A stretch of 64,000 nt of DNA from an uncultured Desulfobacteraceae bacterium (GCA_964442705.1 CAYUAQ010000001.1:14976-78975); one strand, 5' to 3'. Numbered from the stretch's first letter, positions 24,490 to 34,025 are shown. Notes: generated from the sequence alone by a model not told the origin. Translations and numbers: made by a program.

Positions 24490-25752
24490 ATGGTTTTCCG
24501 GAAACACCAAAACTGTCTGCCGTTGTTGCTCTTCCTGCTGACGGGCCTGCTGCTGCCTGCAGCCGCCGGCGCCCTCGAACCGCGCGAAGTGCTGGTGGTG
24601 GCCAACGACAGCACCCGAGACAGCCTGTCCCTGGCCAAACTGTACATGCAGAAACGCGCCGTCCCGGCGCAAAACCTGCTGGTTTTAAAAACCGCAAACG
24701 GCGAAGTTTGTTCACGCCGGCAGTACGACCGCGATATCGCGGCACCTGTCCGGCGCTACCTCGAGGGCCGCAAGGACGGTGGTGCCGGCATCCGCTGCCT
24801 CGTGCTGATGGCGGGAGTGCCGCTTAAAATCGGCCCCTCCGACGAGAACCGCCTGCGGCGCATGCAGATTCTGCAGAAGGAGGTCCAGCGTCTGTCCGAA
24901 CAGCTGGACGCCGGGAAAGACGGCAGGGGAGAGGGCGCCGAAAGCCTCCAGGCAGCCATCAAGAAGGTGCGCAGCGAGATAACGGCGCTTCAGGCGCTCA
25001 CCGACCAGGCGGCGGTGGATTCGGAACTGACGGTGGTCAGAGCCGGAGACTATCCCCTGGAGGGGTGGGTGCCCAACCCCTTTTTTTACGGCTTCCGTAA
25101 AAAAACATTCACCCTGGTGAAAAAGGGTCACGTGCTGATGGTCAGCCGGCTGGACGGCCCCACAACCGCAACGGTGCGTCGCATCATCAATGACAGCCTG
25201 GCGGCGGAAACCGTGGGACTGCGGGGAAAAGCCTGTTTCGACGCCCGCTGGAAGATGCCGGACAAACGACCCCAGAGTGGTTATGCCCTGTACGACTATT
25301 CCATTCACCAGGCCGCACGGTTGATCCGCAAATCCGGCTTGATGCCGGTGGCCACCGACAGCCGTGACACCCTCTTTCAGAAGGGGCAGTGCCCCGCTGC
25401 AGCGCTGTACTGCGGGTGGTACAGCCTGGGAAAATACGTGGACGCTTTCACCTGGCAGAAGGGGGCGGTGGGCTATCACATCGCCAGCAGTGAATGCGCC
25501 TCGCTGCGCAACCAAAAGAGCCGCGGGTGGTGCAAGATGATGCTGGAAAAGGGCGTGGCCGCCACCATCGGGCCCGTTTACGAACCTTACGTGCAGGCCT
25601 TTCCGCTGCCGGAGATTTTTTTCTCCTTGCTGGTTGACGGCTACCTGACCTTGGGCGAATGCTACCTGGTCAGCCTGCCGTACCTCTCCTGGCAGATGGT
25701 GCTGGTGGGCGATCCACTGTACCGGCCGTTCGAGAAGCGGCGGCGGCAGTGA
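24490..25752 (+). CDS. Secreted/periplasmic conserved hypothetical protein (resembles TIGR03790-type proteins from memory)
   Basis: Signal peptide LPLLLFLLTGLLLPAAAGA. 420 aa. No catalytic motif recognised. Confidence 0.6.
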   Translation: MVFRKHQNCLPLLLFLLTGLLLPAAAGALEPREVLVVANDSTRDSLSLAKLYMQKRAVPAQNLLVLKTANGEVCSRRQYDRDIAAPVRRYLEGRKDGGAGIRCLVLMAGVPLKIGPSDENRLRRMQILQKEVQRLSEQLDAGKDGRGEGAESLQAAIKKVRSEITALQALTDQAAVDSELTVVRAGDYPLEGWVPNPFFYGFRKKTFTLVKKGHVLMVSRLDGPTTATVRRIINDSLAAETVGLRGKACFDARWKMPDKRPQSGYALYDYSIHQAARLIRKSGLMPVATDSRDTLFQKGQCPAAALYCGWYSLGKYVDAFTWQKGAVGYHIASSECASLRNQKSRGWCKMMLEKGVAATIGPVYEPYVQAFPLPEIFFSLLVDGYLTLGECYLVSLPYLSWQMVLVGDPLYRPFEKRRRQ

Positions 25753-25836
25753 AGTGTCACGCCATTGGTTGGCCCTGTGCCGGCCGGCCAAGGTATCTCG
25801 CCGAAAACCTCCCGTCACCGATTGTCAAGGGGGCGC

Positions 25837-25893
25837 CAAGCGTGTTTCGGTGAAGCGTCATTGTGCATCCGCGCCGCAGCCGAAACACGCTTG
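25837..25893. repeat. 14-bp perfect inverted repeat in a convergent intergenic region
   Basis: CAAGCGTGTTTCGG (25837-25850) and CCGAAACACGCTTG (25880-25893), separated by a 29-nt spacer. Confidence 0.7.
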
Positions 25894-25956
25894 ACACGGC
25901 GTTGCCGCAACTGATTGAGAAAATCCGGTCACGGCGCCTTGAATGCGAGCCGAAGC

Positions 25957-26142
25957 CTATTTCTGGTCGTGGGCTTTGCAGCTGCCCTTGGGGGCGTTGC
26001 GGATGTCGTTCTGGTGCCTGGCGATGGAGATGATCAGGGCCAGGCCCGCCTTGACAGGATCCGGCACCTCCTGGCTTTTCAGTTTTTCCGCTTCTTCGCA
26101 GATGGCTTCGAAAGCCCGACTGATTTTTTCGGTACTCAACAT
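25957..26142 (-). CDS. Small hypothetical protein (61 aa)
   Basis: MLSTEKISRAFEAICEEAEKLKSQEVPDPVKAGLALIISIARHQNDIRNAPKGSCKAHDQK. A GGAGGG RBS lies 6 nt upstream of the ATG. The longer 142-aa reading upstream looks non-coding. Confidence 0.45.
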   Translation of the reverse strand: MLSTEKISRAFEAICEEAEKLKSQEVPDPVKAGLALIISIARHQNDIRNAPKGSCKAHDQK

Positions 26143-26355
26143 GGCGTTTCCCTCCATTTCTGTTCGACGATGGGTCCCCGACGCAAAAAGCGGCGTCGGC
26201 CTGGTACAGGCTAGAATAATATCGATCCCCATGATGTCAAAAGCCTCTGCGGGATTGCCGGGGCCGGATTCTCTGCCAAAGATCAGGATTGAAGAAAATC
26301 CGGATCCTGCCGAAATACTGCTAAAGGAGACCATCTGAAGAACCCACATAATCGC

Positions 26356-28146
26356 TTGATAAGCACCGCAGGTGATGGTATGCAATCAACTTTTTACAAA
26401 GAGGATCGTTTCACCGGCTGCCAATGGCCGGAAGAGCTCGAGGCCACAAATGAACCCCAACAGATGGAGCGCAAAATGGCAAGCAAGACCCAGGCAGAAC
26501 CCGTCGCCAACAGCAGTGTCTCCGTAAGTCCCCATGGAGAAGCCTTCAAACTGCCCGCAGAGGAAGACTACCAGGCGGAGTTCGACCGGCTCAAGAAACT
26601 GGTCGCGGCCCAGCGCGAAATGGGCCGGCAGATTGTGGTCGTCATGGGCGTTGGATTCGTGGGGGCCGTCATGGCGGGGGTAGTGGCCGACTCGGCCGAC
26701 CCCAAAACCGGTGAACCGCTCTATTTCGTCATGGGCATGCAGCGGCCCTCCACCCGTTCCTACTGGAAGATACCACTGCTGAACCGTGGCATCGCGCCGG
26801 TGGAAGCCGAAGACAAGGAGGTTGCCCCCCTCATTCAGCGCTGCGTCCGGGAGAAAAAGACCTTGACGGCCACCTTTACCTACGATGCCCTGACGCTGGC
26901 CGACATCGTGGTGGTGGACGTGCAGTGCGACTATCAGAAGGAAACCCTGGGCAATGTGCGCAAGGGATACGCCGACATCGCCGCACTGGAAGACAGTTTG
27001 AAAATCATCGGTGAGCGCATCGATCCGTCCTGCCTGGTGCTCATCGAGACCACGGTTCCGCCGGGAACCACGGAGTATGTGGCCTACCCGCTCATCAAGA
27101 AGGCCTTTGAAAAAAGAGGCCTCGAAGATGCCGAGCCTTGCCTGGCGCACTCCTTCGAGCGGGTCATGCCGGGACGCAATTACGTGGCCTCCATCCGTGA
27201 TTTCTGGCGGGTATGCAGCGGCGTCAACGCCGAGGCTCGCGACAAGGTGACCCGCTTCCTGTCCGCGGTCATCAACGTGGAGCAGTATCCCCTCACGGTG
27301 CTGGACCGGCCCATCGAAAGCGAAACCTGCAAGATCGTGGAAAACTCTTACCGGGCCACCATCCTGGCCTTCCTGGACGAGTGGAGCCTTTTTTCGGAGC
27401 GCAACGGCGTGGACCTGATCAAGGTGGTGGAAGCCATCAGGGTACGCCCCACGCACTCCAACATGATCTTCCCGGGGCCCGGCATCGGCGGCTACTGCCT
27501 GCCCAAGGACGGCGGCCTGGGGGTTTGGGCCTACAATACACTGATGGGGTTTGAAGATGACATCTTCAAGCTGACGCCGGCCGCCATCGACATCAACGAC
27601 ACCCGGGCCTTGCACGCCGTGCAGCTGGTGCGCGATGCCCTGCGCAACATGGGTAAAATTGTAGCGGCTTCGCGGGTGGCGGTGCTGGGCGCCTCCTACC
27701 GGCAGGACGTGGGCGACACACGCTACTCCGGCTCCGAACTCATCGTGCGCAAGATCACCGAGATGGGAGGCGAGGTGCTGGTCCACGACCCCTATGTCAA
27801 GCACTGGTGGGAGTTGGAAAAGCAGGAGACCTACCCGGCCCCCGGCAAATCCTGGGCGCGCTTTTTCCGCAACCAGGACAGCCTGTCACGGGTGAGGGTG
27901 CACCAGGAGATGCCCTCGGCCCTTGCCCAGGCCGACGCCGTGGTGCTGGCCGTCCGGCACGAGACCTACCTCCACCTAGACCCCGACGAGGTGATCCAGA
28001 TGGCCGGCCGTCCCGTGGCCGTCATCGACTGCTTCGGTATCCTCGACGACGACGCCATCCGCCGCTACTTCGAACTGGGCTGCGAGGTCAAGGGGCTGGG
28101 CCGCGGCCACGTGAAACGCATCAAGGACAGTGTTCTGAAGCGGTGA
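26356..28146 (+). CDS. Nucleotide-sugar dehydrogenase (UDP-glucose/GDP-mannose dehydrogenase family, WecC/TviB-like), unusually long
   Basis: Rossmann motif IVVVMGVGFVGAVMAGVVA. Catalytic region PGPGIGGYCLPKDG. C-terminal UDPG_MGDH domain (AVLGASYRQDVGDTRYS). The start is ambiguous (ATG/GTG candidates at 26356, 26380, 26464 and 26476). Confidence 0.82.
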   Translation: MISTAGDGMQSTFYKEDRFTGCQWPEELEATNEPQQMERKMASKTQAEPVANSSVSVSPHGEAFKLPAEEDYQAEFDRLKKLVAAQREMGRQIVVVMGVGFVGAVMAGVVADSADPKTGEPLYFVMGMQRPSTRSYWKIPLLNRGIAPVEAEDKEVAPLIQRCVREKKTLTATFTYDALTLADIVVVDVQCDYQKETLGNVRKGYADIAALEDSLKIIGERIDPSCLVLIETTVPPGTTEYVAYPLIKKAFEKRGLEDAEPCLAHSFERVMPGRNYVASIRDFWRVCSGVNAEARDKVTRFLSAVINVEQYPLTVLDRPIESETCKIVENSYRATILAFLDEWSLFSERNGVDLIKVVEAIRVRPTHSNMIFPGPGIGGYCLPKDGGLGVWAYNTLMGFEDDIFKLTPAAIDINDTRALHAVQLVRDALRNMGKIVAASRVAVLGASYRQDVGDTRYSGSELIVRKITEMGGEVLVHDPYVKHWWELEKQETYPAPGKSWARFFRNQDSLSRVRVHQEMPSALAQADAVVLAVRHETYLHLDPDEVIQMAGRPVAVIDCFGILDDDAIRRYFELGCEVKGLGRGHVKRIKDSVLKR

Positions 28147-28365
28147 GAGACCCCCTCGGCAGCGGACCGGATAATCCCGGTAATCGAAAATCGGCCCGTG
28201 GAATCCCCTTTACAAAAAGATGCAATTGAAATAAAATCTGGCCCTAAAATCCGGAGAGAGTGAACATTTCGGCAGCAGCCCGGACGGCACACCACTGTTG
28301 GTACTGGGTGTCAGCGATCGGTGTGTGTATCTAACGATCCGGGCTGACGGTTTTGAGGCGGACGG

Positions 28366-31032
28366 ATGGGCAGAAGACGAAAAAAAAAGAGCAGATCGGC
28401 CAGGAAAAAAAAGGATCAGCGGCGGGCCAATGCGCCACCGGAGAAGCTCATCCGGCAGGCTGCCCAGGAACTCGAAAACGGTCGGGCTCGTGATGCCATA
28501 ACCCTGCTGAAACTGGCATCCCGCAAAAAGAGAGGCGACGATGAAATCCGCGGCCTTTTTTTAAGGGCATATCTCCTGCGGGAAGAGCAGTTGAGGCGGA
28601 AAGGCCTCGAGGTGGAGGCCGAAAGCGTCCATCTGCAGGCTCTCTCCCACCTGCCGCAGACAGGCCCTCTGGCGGAGGTCGACCTTGGGGCCCTGGTGCG
28701 TGCCGGCGGCATGGATGATGCCGTCAAGATTTACAACCGGCACCTGTCCGGCGGCAAGCCGCTAGTGTCGGTGGAACGTCAGCTCGCCGAACGCCTGTTG
28801 ATCAGCGGCCAGTGGATTCTGCTGGAAAAAGTGGATTCGGCCGCCGGGCTGCATCGCGAGGCCGAACACGCCCAAGCGGCGGCGGAACTTATGAACGCCG
28901 GCCGATGGGATGCCGCCCTGCAAAGGCTGGCCCCGGTCTCGCGGTCCTCTCCATACGCCACTCTGCGATTGCTCTGTCATGCCATGGTGATTTTTCTGGA
29001 GGGTAGAGATGAAAGCCTGGACAGGGTTGTGGCGATCATGCCGCGGGATTCCCTGCTCTATTCTCTGATTAAAACACTGGCCCATGCACCGCAGACATTG
29101 AACTGTCTGTGGGAACGGCCGGTCTATCCCGAAGACAAGGTGCGGAAAATCATCGCCGACATGCGGCAGCACCGCTTCCGAAATCTGGAATCCATCCTTC
29201 CCGGTGCGGCGCGTTCCCTCTATCCCCGTGATCCGGAGGTGGCCATGGGGAATATCCTGGAGGCTTTCTGGTCTCTGGGCATCACGAACGATTCGTTCCG
29301 GGATGGGTATTTCGACCTGATCGATACACTGTTGCCGGGGGAGGCGGCCAGCCTGCTACAGGCCAAGATGGACTTCTATTACTTTGACCAGCTGTACATC
29401 GATGCGGGAATTTACCTGGAGGAACTGGGCGCGGAATTTCCCGACCCACGGGACGAAAAAATCGCGGCCGCCACGATACTCTTTCAAGCAGTAGAACGCC
29501 TTCGCCGCAACGATGACTTCTACCGCATGGCTTCTTCGTTGTCTCGCCACCTGGAGGAATTGCTGGGAATATCTTCCGACGATCCGGATGTGAGACTGCT
29601 CGAGATGTTGAGCAGGGCCATCGAGCTGGACCCGTCTGCCCGGCATGTATACGGCCTCATGGCCCAAATGCCCCGATATTCACGGGCCGCCAAAAACCTG
29701 GTGGAGGCCGGATTGAAAACCATGATGCGGCAATTTGATGATGATCCTTTCCCCTGCCTGGAACTGGCCACGCTGTATTACGAAAAAAACGCCTATCGCA
29801 AGGCCGAGGCGGTGCTGTCCGAGGCTATCGAGCGTGCACCCCACGATGCCGCGGTACTGGAGCGGCACGTGTACGCACTGCTGATTTCAGCGGGTAAACG
29901 CATCCGCAGGAAAAAATTTCACCTGGCATCCGAAGACCTGGAAAAGGCACGACGGTTGTGCAGCGGAGAATCCCTGGCCCTGGTGGTAGCCAAGCAGGTG
30001 GTTTTTGATGTCGAGCAGCGGGGGCAGCTGGATCTCTTCGGAAAAGCGGTGGACAGCCGCGGCAAAAAAATTAGCCCTCTGGTCGAGCAGGCGCTGGAAC
30101 CGCTTTGCCTGTTGGACCGGTTGAAAATGCTGGGGCTTCTCATCAACGATGCAATGCAGCGACAGCCGCGTTGGGCGGACAAACAGATCAAGGAGCTTCG
30201 CCGGATGCTGAGCCGCGAATGCAAGCAGTTGGAACGACTATCGTCCAGAGACATACGCGGGCTGCTTCAACCACTGAAAAAGGAACTGACATCGGTAGTG
30301 CGTGAACGCCGACTGGCCGGTATTTACCTCCGGGCCAGGGCAGACATCCTGCGGCTTCTGCGAGACGATGATTACCTGTCGGTGCTGGATGCACTGGTCC
30401 AAGCCGGCTTGTTCGGGGAAGTCATCAAGGAAAACCGGCGCCGTCTGAAAAAAGGTGCCGGCGCTAGTGCAAACCTGTTGGATTTTTATGTGGTCGTCAT
30501 CCGGCACCTGGCTGATGACAGCCTGCATGATGCCGATGCTTTTGAAACGGTTGTCCAGCGGGCCTCGGATCCTTCGGAGAGAGAGGCCCTGCGGGCTGCG
30601 GCGCGCAGACTGGCGCGTAACGCTTGCGGCGACCTGGAAAAAGCGCTTCTCAACTTCGATTTCAATCTGTTGCGGCCCAGAGATTTTTTCCCCCCGGACT
30701 TCTTCCCTGTAATTGCGGACGATGATGCGTATGATGAGTTCGATGACGAGATTGACGGCCTAAATGACATCGCCGAAATGCAGGGCCTGATGGATCTTTT
30801 CATGGGCAAATCCCCGTCCGGACCCTTGGTGGATCGCCTGCTTGAAATGGTTGAAAAGATGGTGGATTCCTTTGACCTCAGGGAGGCATCGACCAGGCGG
30901 ATTCGGCGCGCCCGGGAGGGCCTCATGCGCAGGGATCCTGAAATTGCCATTATCGGAATGATGGTCCGACAACTCAACGAAAAGCAGATGGCGCGCCTTT
31001 CCCGGGAAGCGCTTCAACTGCTGTTCGGTTGA
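28366..31032 (+). CDS. Large all-alpha (TPR/HEAT-like) protein with a poly-basic N-terminus and an acidic C-terminal patch; unknown function
   Basis: 888 aa. Starts MGRRRKKKSRSARKKKDQRR. TPR-like segments (LATLYYEKNAYRKAEAVLSEAIERAP). Acidic stretch DDDAYDEFDDEIDGLNDIAEMQ. First gene of the Hsp70 operon. Confidence 0.7.
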   Translation: MGRRRKKKSRSARKKKDQRRANAPPEKLIRQAAQELENGRARDAITLLKLASRKKRGDDEIRGLFLRAYLLREEQLRRKGLEVEAESVHLQALSHLPQTGPLAEVDLGALVRAGGMDDAVKIYNRHLSGGKPLVSVERQLAERLLISGQWILLEKVDSAAGLHREAEHAQAAAELMNAGRWDAALQRLAPVSRSSPYATLRLLCHAMVIFLEGRDESLDRVVAIMPRDSLLYSLIKTLAHAPQTLNCLWERPVYPEDKVRKIIADMRQHRFRNLESILPGAARSLYPRDPEVAMGNILEAFWSLGITNDSFRDGYFDLIDTLLPGEAASLLQAKMDFYYFDQLYIDAGIYLEELGAEFPDPRDEKIAAATILFQAVERLRRNDDFYRMASSLSRHLEELLGISSDDPDVRLLEMLSRAIELDPSARHVYGLMAQMPRYSRAAKNLVEAGLKTMMRQFDDDPFPCLELATLYYEKNAYRKAEAVLSEAIERAPHDAAVLERHVYALLISAGKRIRRKKFHLASEDLEKARRLCSGESLALVVAKQVVFDVEQRGQLDLFGKAVDSRGKKISPLVEQALEPLCLLDRLKMLGLLINDAMQRQPRWADKQIKELRRMLSRECKQLERLSSRDIRGLLQPLKKELTSVVRERRLAGIYLRARADILRLLRDDDYLSVLDALVQAGLFGEVIKENRRRLKKGAGASANLLDFYVVVIRHLADDSLHDADAFETVVQRASDPSEREALRAAARRLARNACGDLEKALLNFDFNLLRPRDFFPPDFFPVIADDDAYDEFDDEIDGLNDIAEMQGLMDLFMGKSPSGPLVDRLLEMVEKMVDSFDLREASTRRIRRAREGLMRRDPEIAIIGMMVRQLNEKQMARLSREALQLLFG

Positions 31033-31084
31033 GGGCCGTACTGCCGCAGTCGACGGGCACCACGACAACACTGGAGGGCGTAGC

Positions 31085-31396
31085 ATGCTGATTTGCTTCC
31101 TCACCCTGGGACTCGACACCGACGCTTCGGACGACGAGATCCGTAAGCGATACCTGGAACTGATTCGACGGCACACGCCGGAAAAAGATCCGGCCCGTTT
31201 TCAGGTGATAGCCGATGCTTACGAAAAAATCAAAGACCGACGCACCCGCATTGTTCACCAGGTGCTGGGCGGCATGGCCATCAGCGATCCCGATCCCTAT
31301 TTGTTGGCATTGTTTCGGGCCGCCCGCCCCGAAAAACGCAGCCCCGGCCTGAGGGAACTGCTGTCGGATGCCGGCCTGCAGGAACGATCATTCTGA
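31085..31396 (+). CDS. Small J-domain-like protein with a non-canonical HPD region
   Basis: LGLDTDASDDEIRKRYLELIRRHTPEKDPARFQVIADAYEKIKD follows the J-domain helix II/III pattern, but HPD is replaced by H-T-P-E. GGAGGG RBS. Confidence 0.65.
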   Translation: MLICFLTLGLDTDASDDEIRKRYLELIRRHTPEKDPARFQVIADAYEKIKDRRTRIVHQVLGGMAISDPDPYLLALFRAARPEKRSPGLRELLSDAGLQERSF

Positions 31397-31399
31397 CTA

Positions 31400-32251
31400 A
31401 TGGGTGAGGTCATGGTTGCAACCCCTGTCTCAGCGCATCTTAAAAAGGCTTGGCACTGGTCTCGGCGTAGGATGATATTTCCCGTGCTGCATGGTGCCGC
31501 CGCCACGCTGTCTGTCTGGCAAAGATCCCTGTCCCGGCGCTGGGATCTGCAGCGGCGCGACCGGCCGGAATGGAAACAGCAGGTGCTGTCGGATTTCAAT
31601 GTCTGGTTGACCGATCTGCCCGACGAGCCGCCGGAAGCCGCCGATCTTTCCCCTGAAGCTTGCGACTTGTATACCCTGCTGATGGAATTCACGGCCCTGC
31701 GCCAGGAAATCCGCCTCCAGAACCGCGAGCAGCATCGCAGCATCAGCGATGTACGGGAACTGATCGAGCAGTGTGCCAAGGCCGCCGACCTTTTCCGGGA
31801 CCGTACCGAGCAGCTGCCCCTGCTGGAGGAGCGCATACGGTGCAGTGCCGAGAAGAAGGTGATTCTGCCGTTTCTGGACGTTCGTGAAGCCCTGGTGCGG
31901 GGTCTGGAGGCCGCCCGCGGTGTGGCCCGCCGGAAGAACCTGTTCACACGCATGCCGGCCGGCATCGAAGGCGTCATCGAGGGGTACGAGATGGCTCTGC
32001 GACGGTTCGACCGCGTTCTTTCCCAGGTTGATGTCAGGCCCCTGGAGGCCGTAGGACGTCCTTTTGATGCAGCCGTCATGCGCGCGGTCGACAGGAGATG
32101 GGATGCCGACCGTGCCGCCGGCCTCGTTTTGGAGGAGCTTCGCAGCGGGTTCATGCGTAAAGACGAGGTTCTGCGCATCGCCGAAGTGGTGGTCAACACA
32201 CCGCAGCCGATAACGGAAAACGGAAACAACACGCCTGCACCGCAGGGATGA
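31400..32251 (+). CDS. GrpE-like nucleotide exchange factor (diverged)
   Basis: Coiled-coil segment (DLYTLLMEFTALRQEIRLQNRE) followed by a GrpE-type C-terminal beta domain (VRPLEAVGRPFDAAVMRAV....VLEELRSGFMRKDEVLRIAEVVV). Starts 3 nt after the J-like gene. Confidence 0.6.
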   Translation: MGEVMVATPVSAHLKKAWHWSRRRMIFPVLHGAAATLSVWQRSLSRRWDLQRRDRPEWKQQVLSDFNVWLTDLPDEPPEAADLSPEACDLYTLLMEFTALRQEIRLQNREQHRSISDVRELIEQCAKAADLFRDRTEQLPLLEERIRCSAEKKVILPFLDVREALVRGLEAARGVARRKNLFTRMPAGIEGVIEGYEMALRRFDRVLSQVDVRPLEAVGRPFDAAVMRAVDRRWDADRAAGLVLEELRSGFMRKDEVLRIAEVVVNTPQPITENGNNTPAPQG

Positions 32252-32269
32252 TTTTCAAGGAGGAGAGTT

Positions 32270-34009
32270 ATGGAGCCGATCATCGGCATCGATCTGGGAA
32301 CCACCAATTCGGAAGTGGCCTTTGCCTTCGATGGCCGTGTCGAAGTCATCGAGGACAATGACAACGGCATCCTGCCTTCCTGTGTGGGCCTCTCGGATCA
32401 CGGAAGAATCATTGTCGGTGCCGAAGCCCGTAACCAGGCCGTCATCGCCCCTGAGCGCACCGTGCTTTCGGTCAAGCGCCGCATGGGAAGCAACGACAAA
32501 CTGACGTTGGGCGATGCGGAATTTCTCCCCCAAGAGATTTCGGCCTTTATTTTGAAAGCCTTGCGCAAGCGGGCCGAAAACCGCATCGGCCAGGCGGTGA
32601 ACAAAGCCGTCATCACGGTGCCGGCCTACTTCACCGATGCCCAGCGGCAGGCCACCCGCGAAGCCGGGCAGATTGCCGGGCTGGAAGTGGTGCGCATCAT
32701 CAACGAACCCACCGCCGCGGCCTTGGCTTACGAAAGCCTGAACGCCGAACCCCGGCGCATCCTGGTGTACGATCTGGGTGGCGGCACTTTCGACGTGTCC
32801 ATCGTCAGCATCGAAGAGGGGGTGGTGGAGGTGTTGTCCAGCACCGGCGACAGCCGCTTGGGCGGCGATGACTTCGATCGGCGCATTGTCACTCACCTGG
32901 TGTCGCATATCGAGGAAGAACTGAAACTGCCGGTGCGCGAGAATCCGGTAACCATGGCCCGTCTCCTGCGGGCGGCCGAAGCGGCCAAGATCGAACTCTC
33001 CACCCGCCCCTTCACCACCGTCGAAGAGGATCATATCGGCAGGAAAATGGGCAGAGACCTTCATCTGTCCCTGGAGGTTTCGAGAAAGCAGTTTGAGGAC
33101 ATGATCGCGACCGACCTGGCACGCACCATGGAATCGATCAACAAAGCCCTGAAGGATGCCAGCCTGCTTCCGGGTGCCATCGACAAGATCATCCTGGTGG
33201 GCGGCTCGACCCGCATTCCGCGCATCTCCCAGATGCTGGAGGAAAAATTCAGGCAACAGGCCCATGGACACATTGACCCGGACCTGTGCGTGGCCATGGG
33301 AGCCGGCATCCAGGCGGGTCGGGAGATGGGCGAAGACGATTCGGGGGTGCTGGTGGATATTACGCCATACACCTTCGGCACGTCCGCCATGGGAGAAGTC
33401 GACGGGCAGCACAGCCTGACCATGTTCGTTCCCCTGATCCGGCGCAATACCAAGCTCCCGGCCAGGCACAGCGAGGTTTTTTTTACCGTCGTGGAGAACC
33501 AGGAAGAGGTGGATGTGCGCGTCTATCAGGGGGAAGCGCCCGATGCCGAAGACAACATCCTGCTGGGCAACTACAGTTTCAAACTGACGCCGGCGCCGGC
33601 CGGCAGCAAGATCATCCTGGACTTCGAACTGGACCTCAACGGCATTCTCAAAATCAAAGCCATCGAGAAAAAGACCGGCAAATTCATCGACGCCGTCATC
33701 GAAAACGCCATATCCCGGTTTGACGAAGAGGCTTTGAAGCATACCCGGCAGCGCATCGACGCCCTGTGGGGAGATGACCGGGAGGAGGATGGCGGCGCAG
33801 GGAAAGAAGCAGCGGCTGCGGTCATGCCCGCCAAGTACGCAAGTCTCATTCGCCGGGCCGAAGAAAAATTGCCCGAGGCTGCCGCAGAAGACCGCGACGA
33901 GCTTATCAACCTCATCGAGGATATCCGAGACGCCCTGCAGGCCGGTAAAGAAGACGAGGCGGACCGGCTGTACCAGGAACTGGATGATATCCTCTTTTAC
34001 ATCGGCTGA
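32270..34009 (+). CDS. Hsp70-family ATPase (short DnaK paralog, 579 aa)
   Basis: IGIDLGTTNSEVA, VITVPAYFTDAQRQATREAG, RIINEPTAAALAY, VYDLGGGTFDVSI, ILVGGSTRIPRI. The substrate-binding domain is present and the lid is shortened. AAGGAGG RBS. Confidence 0.9.
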   Translation: MEPIIGIDLGTTNSEVAFAFDGRVEVIEDNDNGILPSCVGLSDHGRIIVGAEARNQAVIAPERTVLSVKRRMGSNDKLTLGDAEFLPQEISAFILKALRKRAENRIGQAVNKAVITVPAYFTDAQRQATREAGQIAGLEVVRIINEPTAAALAYESLNAEPRRILVYDLGGGTFDVSIVSIEEGVVEVLSSTGDSRLGGDDFDRRIVTHLVSHIEEELKLPVRENPVTMARLLRAAEAAKIELSTRPFTTVEEDHIGRKMGRDLHLSLEVSRKQFEDMIATDLARTMESINKALKDASLLPGAIDKIILVGGSTRIPRISQMLEEKFRQQAHGHIDPDLCVAMGAGIQAGREMGEDDSGVLVDITPYTFGTSAMGEVDGQHSLTMFVPLIRRNTKLPARHSEVFFTVVENQEEVDVRVYQGEAPDAEDNILLGNYSFKLTPAPAGSKIILDFELDLNGILKIKAIEKKTGKFIDAVIENAISRFDEEALKHTRQRIDALWGDDREEDGGAGKEAAAAVMPAKYASLIRRAEEKLPEAAAEDRDELINLIEDIRDALQAGKEDEADRLYQELDDILFYIG

Positions 34010-34025
34010 CCCGGGAGGGCTGTTC

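Noticed and set aside
32270-34009. Reading the Hsp70 gene as the housekeeping dnaK
   Set aside because: It is short (579 aa). It is flanked by an atypical GrpE-like gene, a J-like protein without HPD and an 888-aa unknown protein. No hrcA/CIRCE element or full-length dnaJ was seen. I kept it as a specialised paralog, pending a check for a canonical dnaK elsewhere in the genome.
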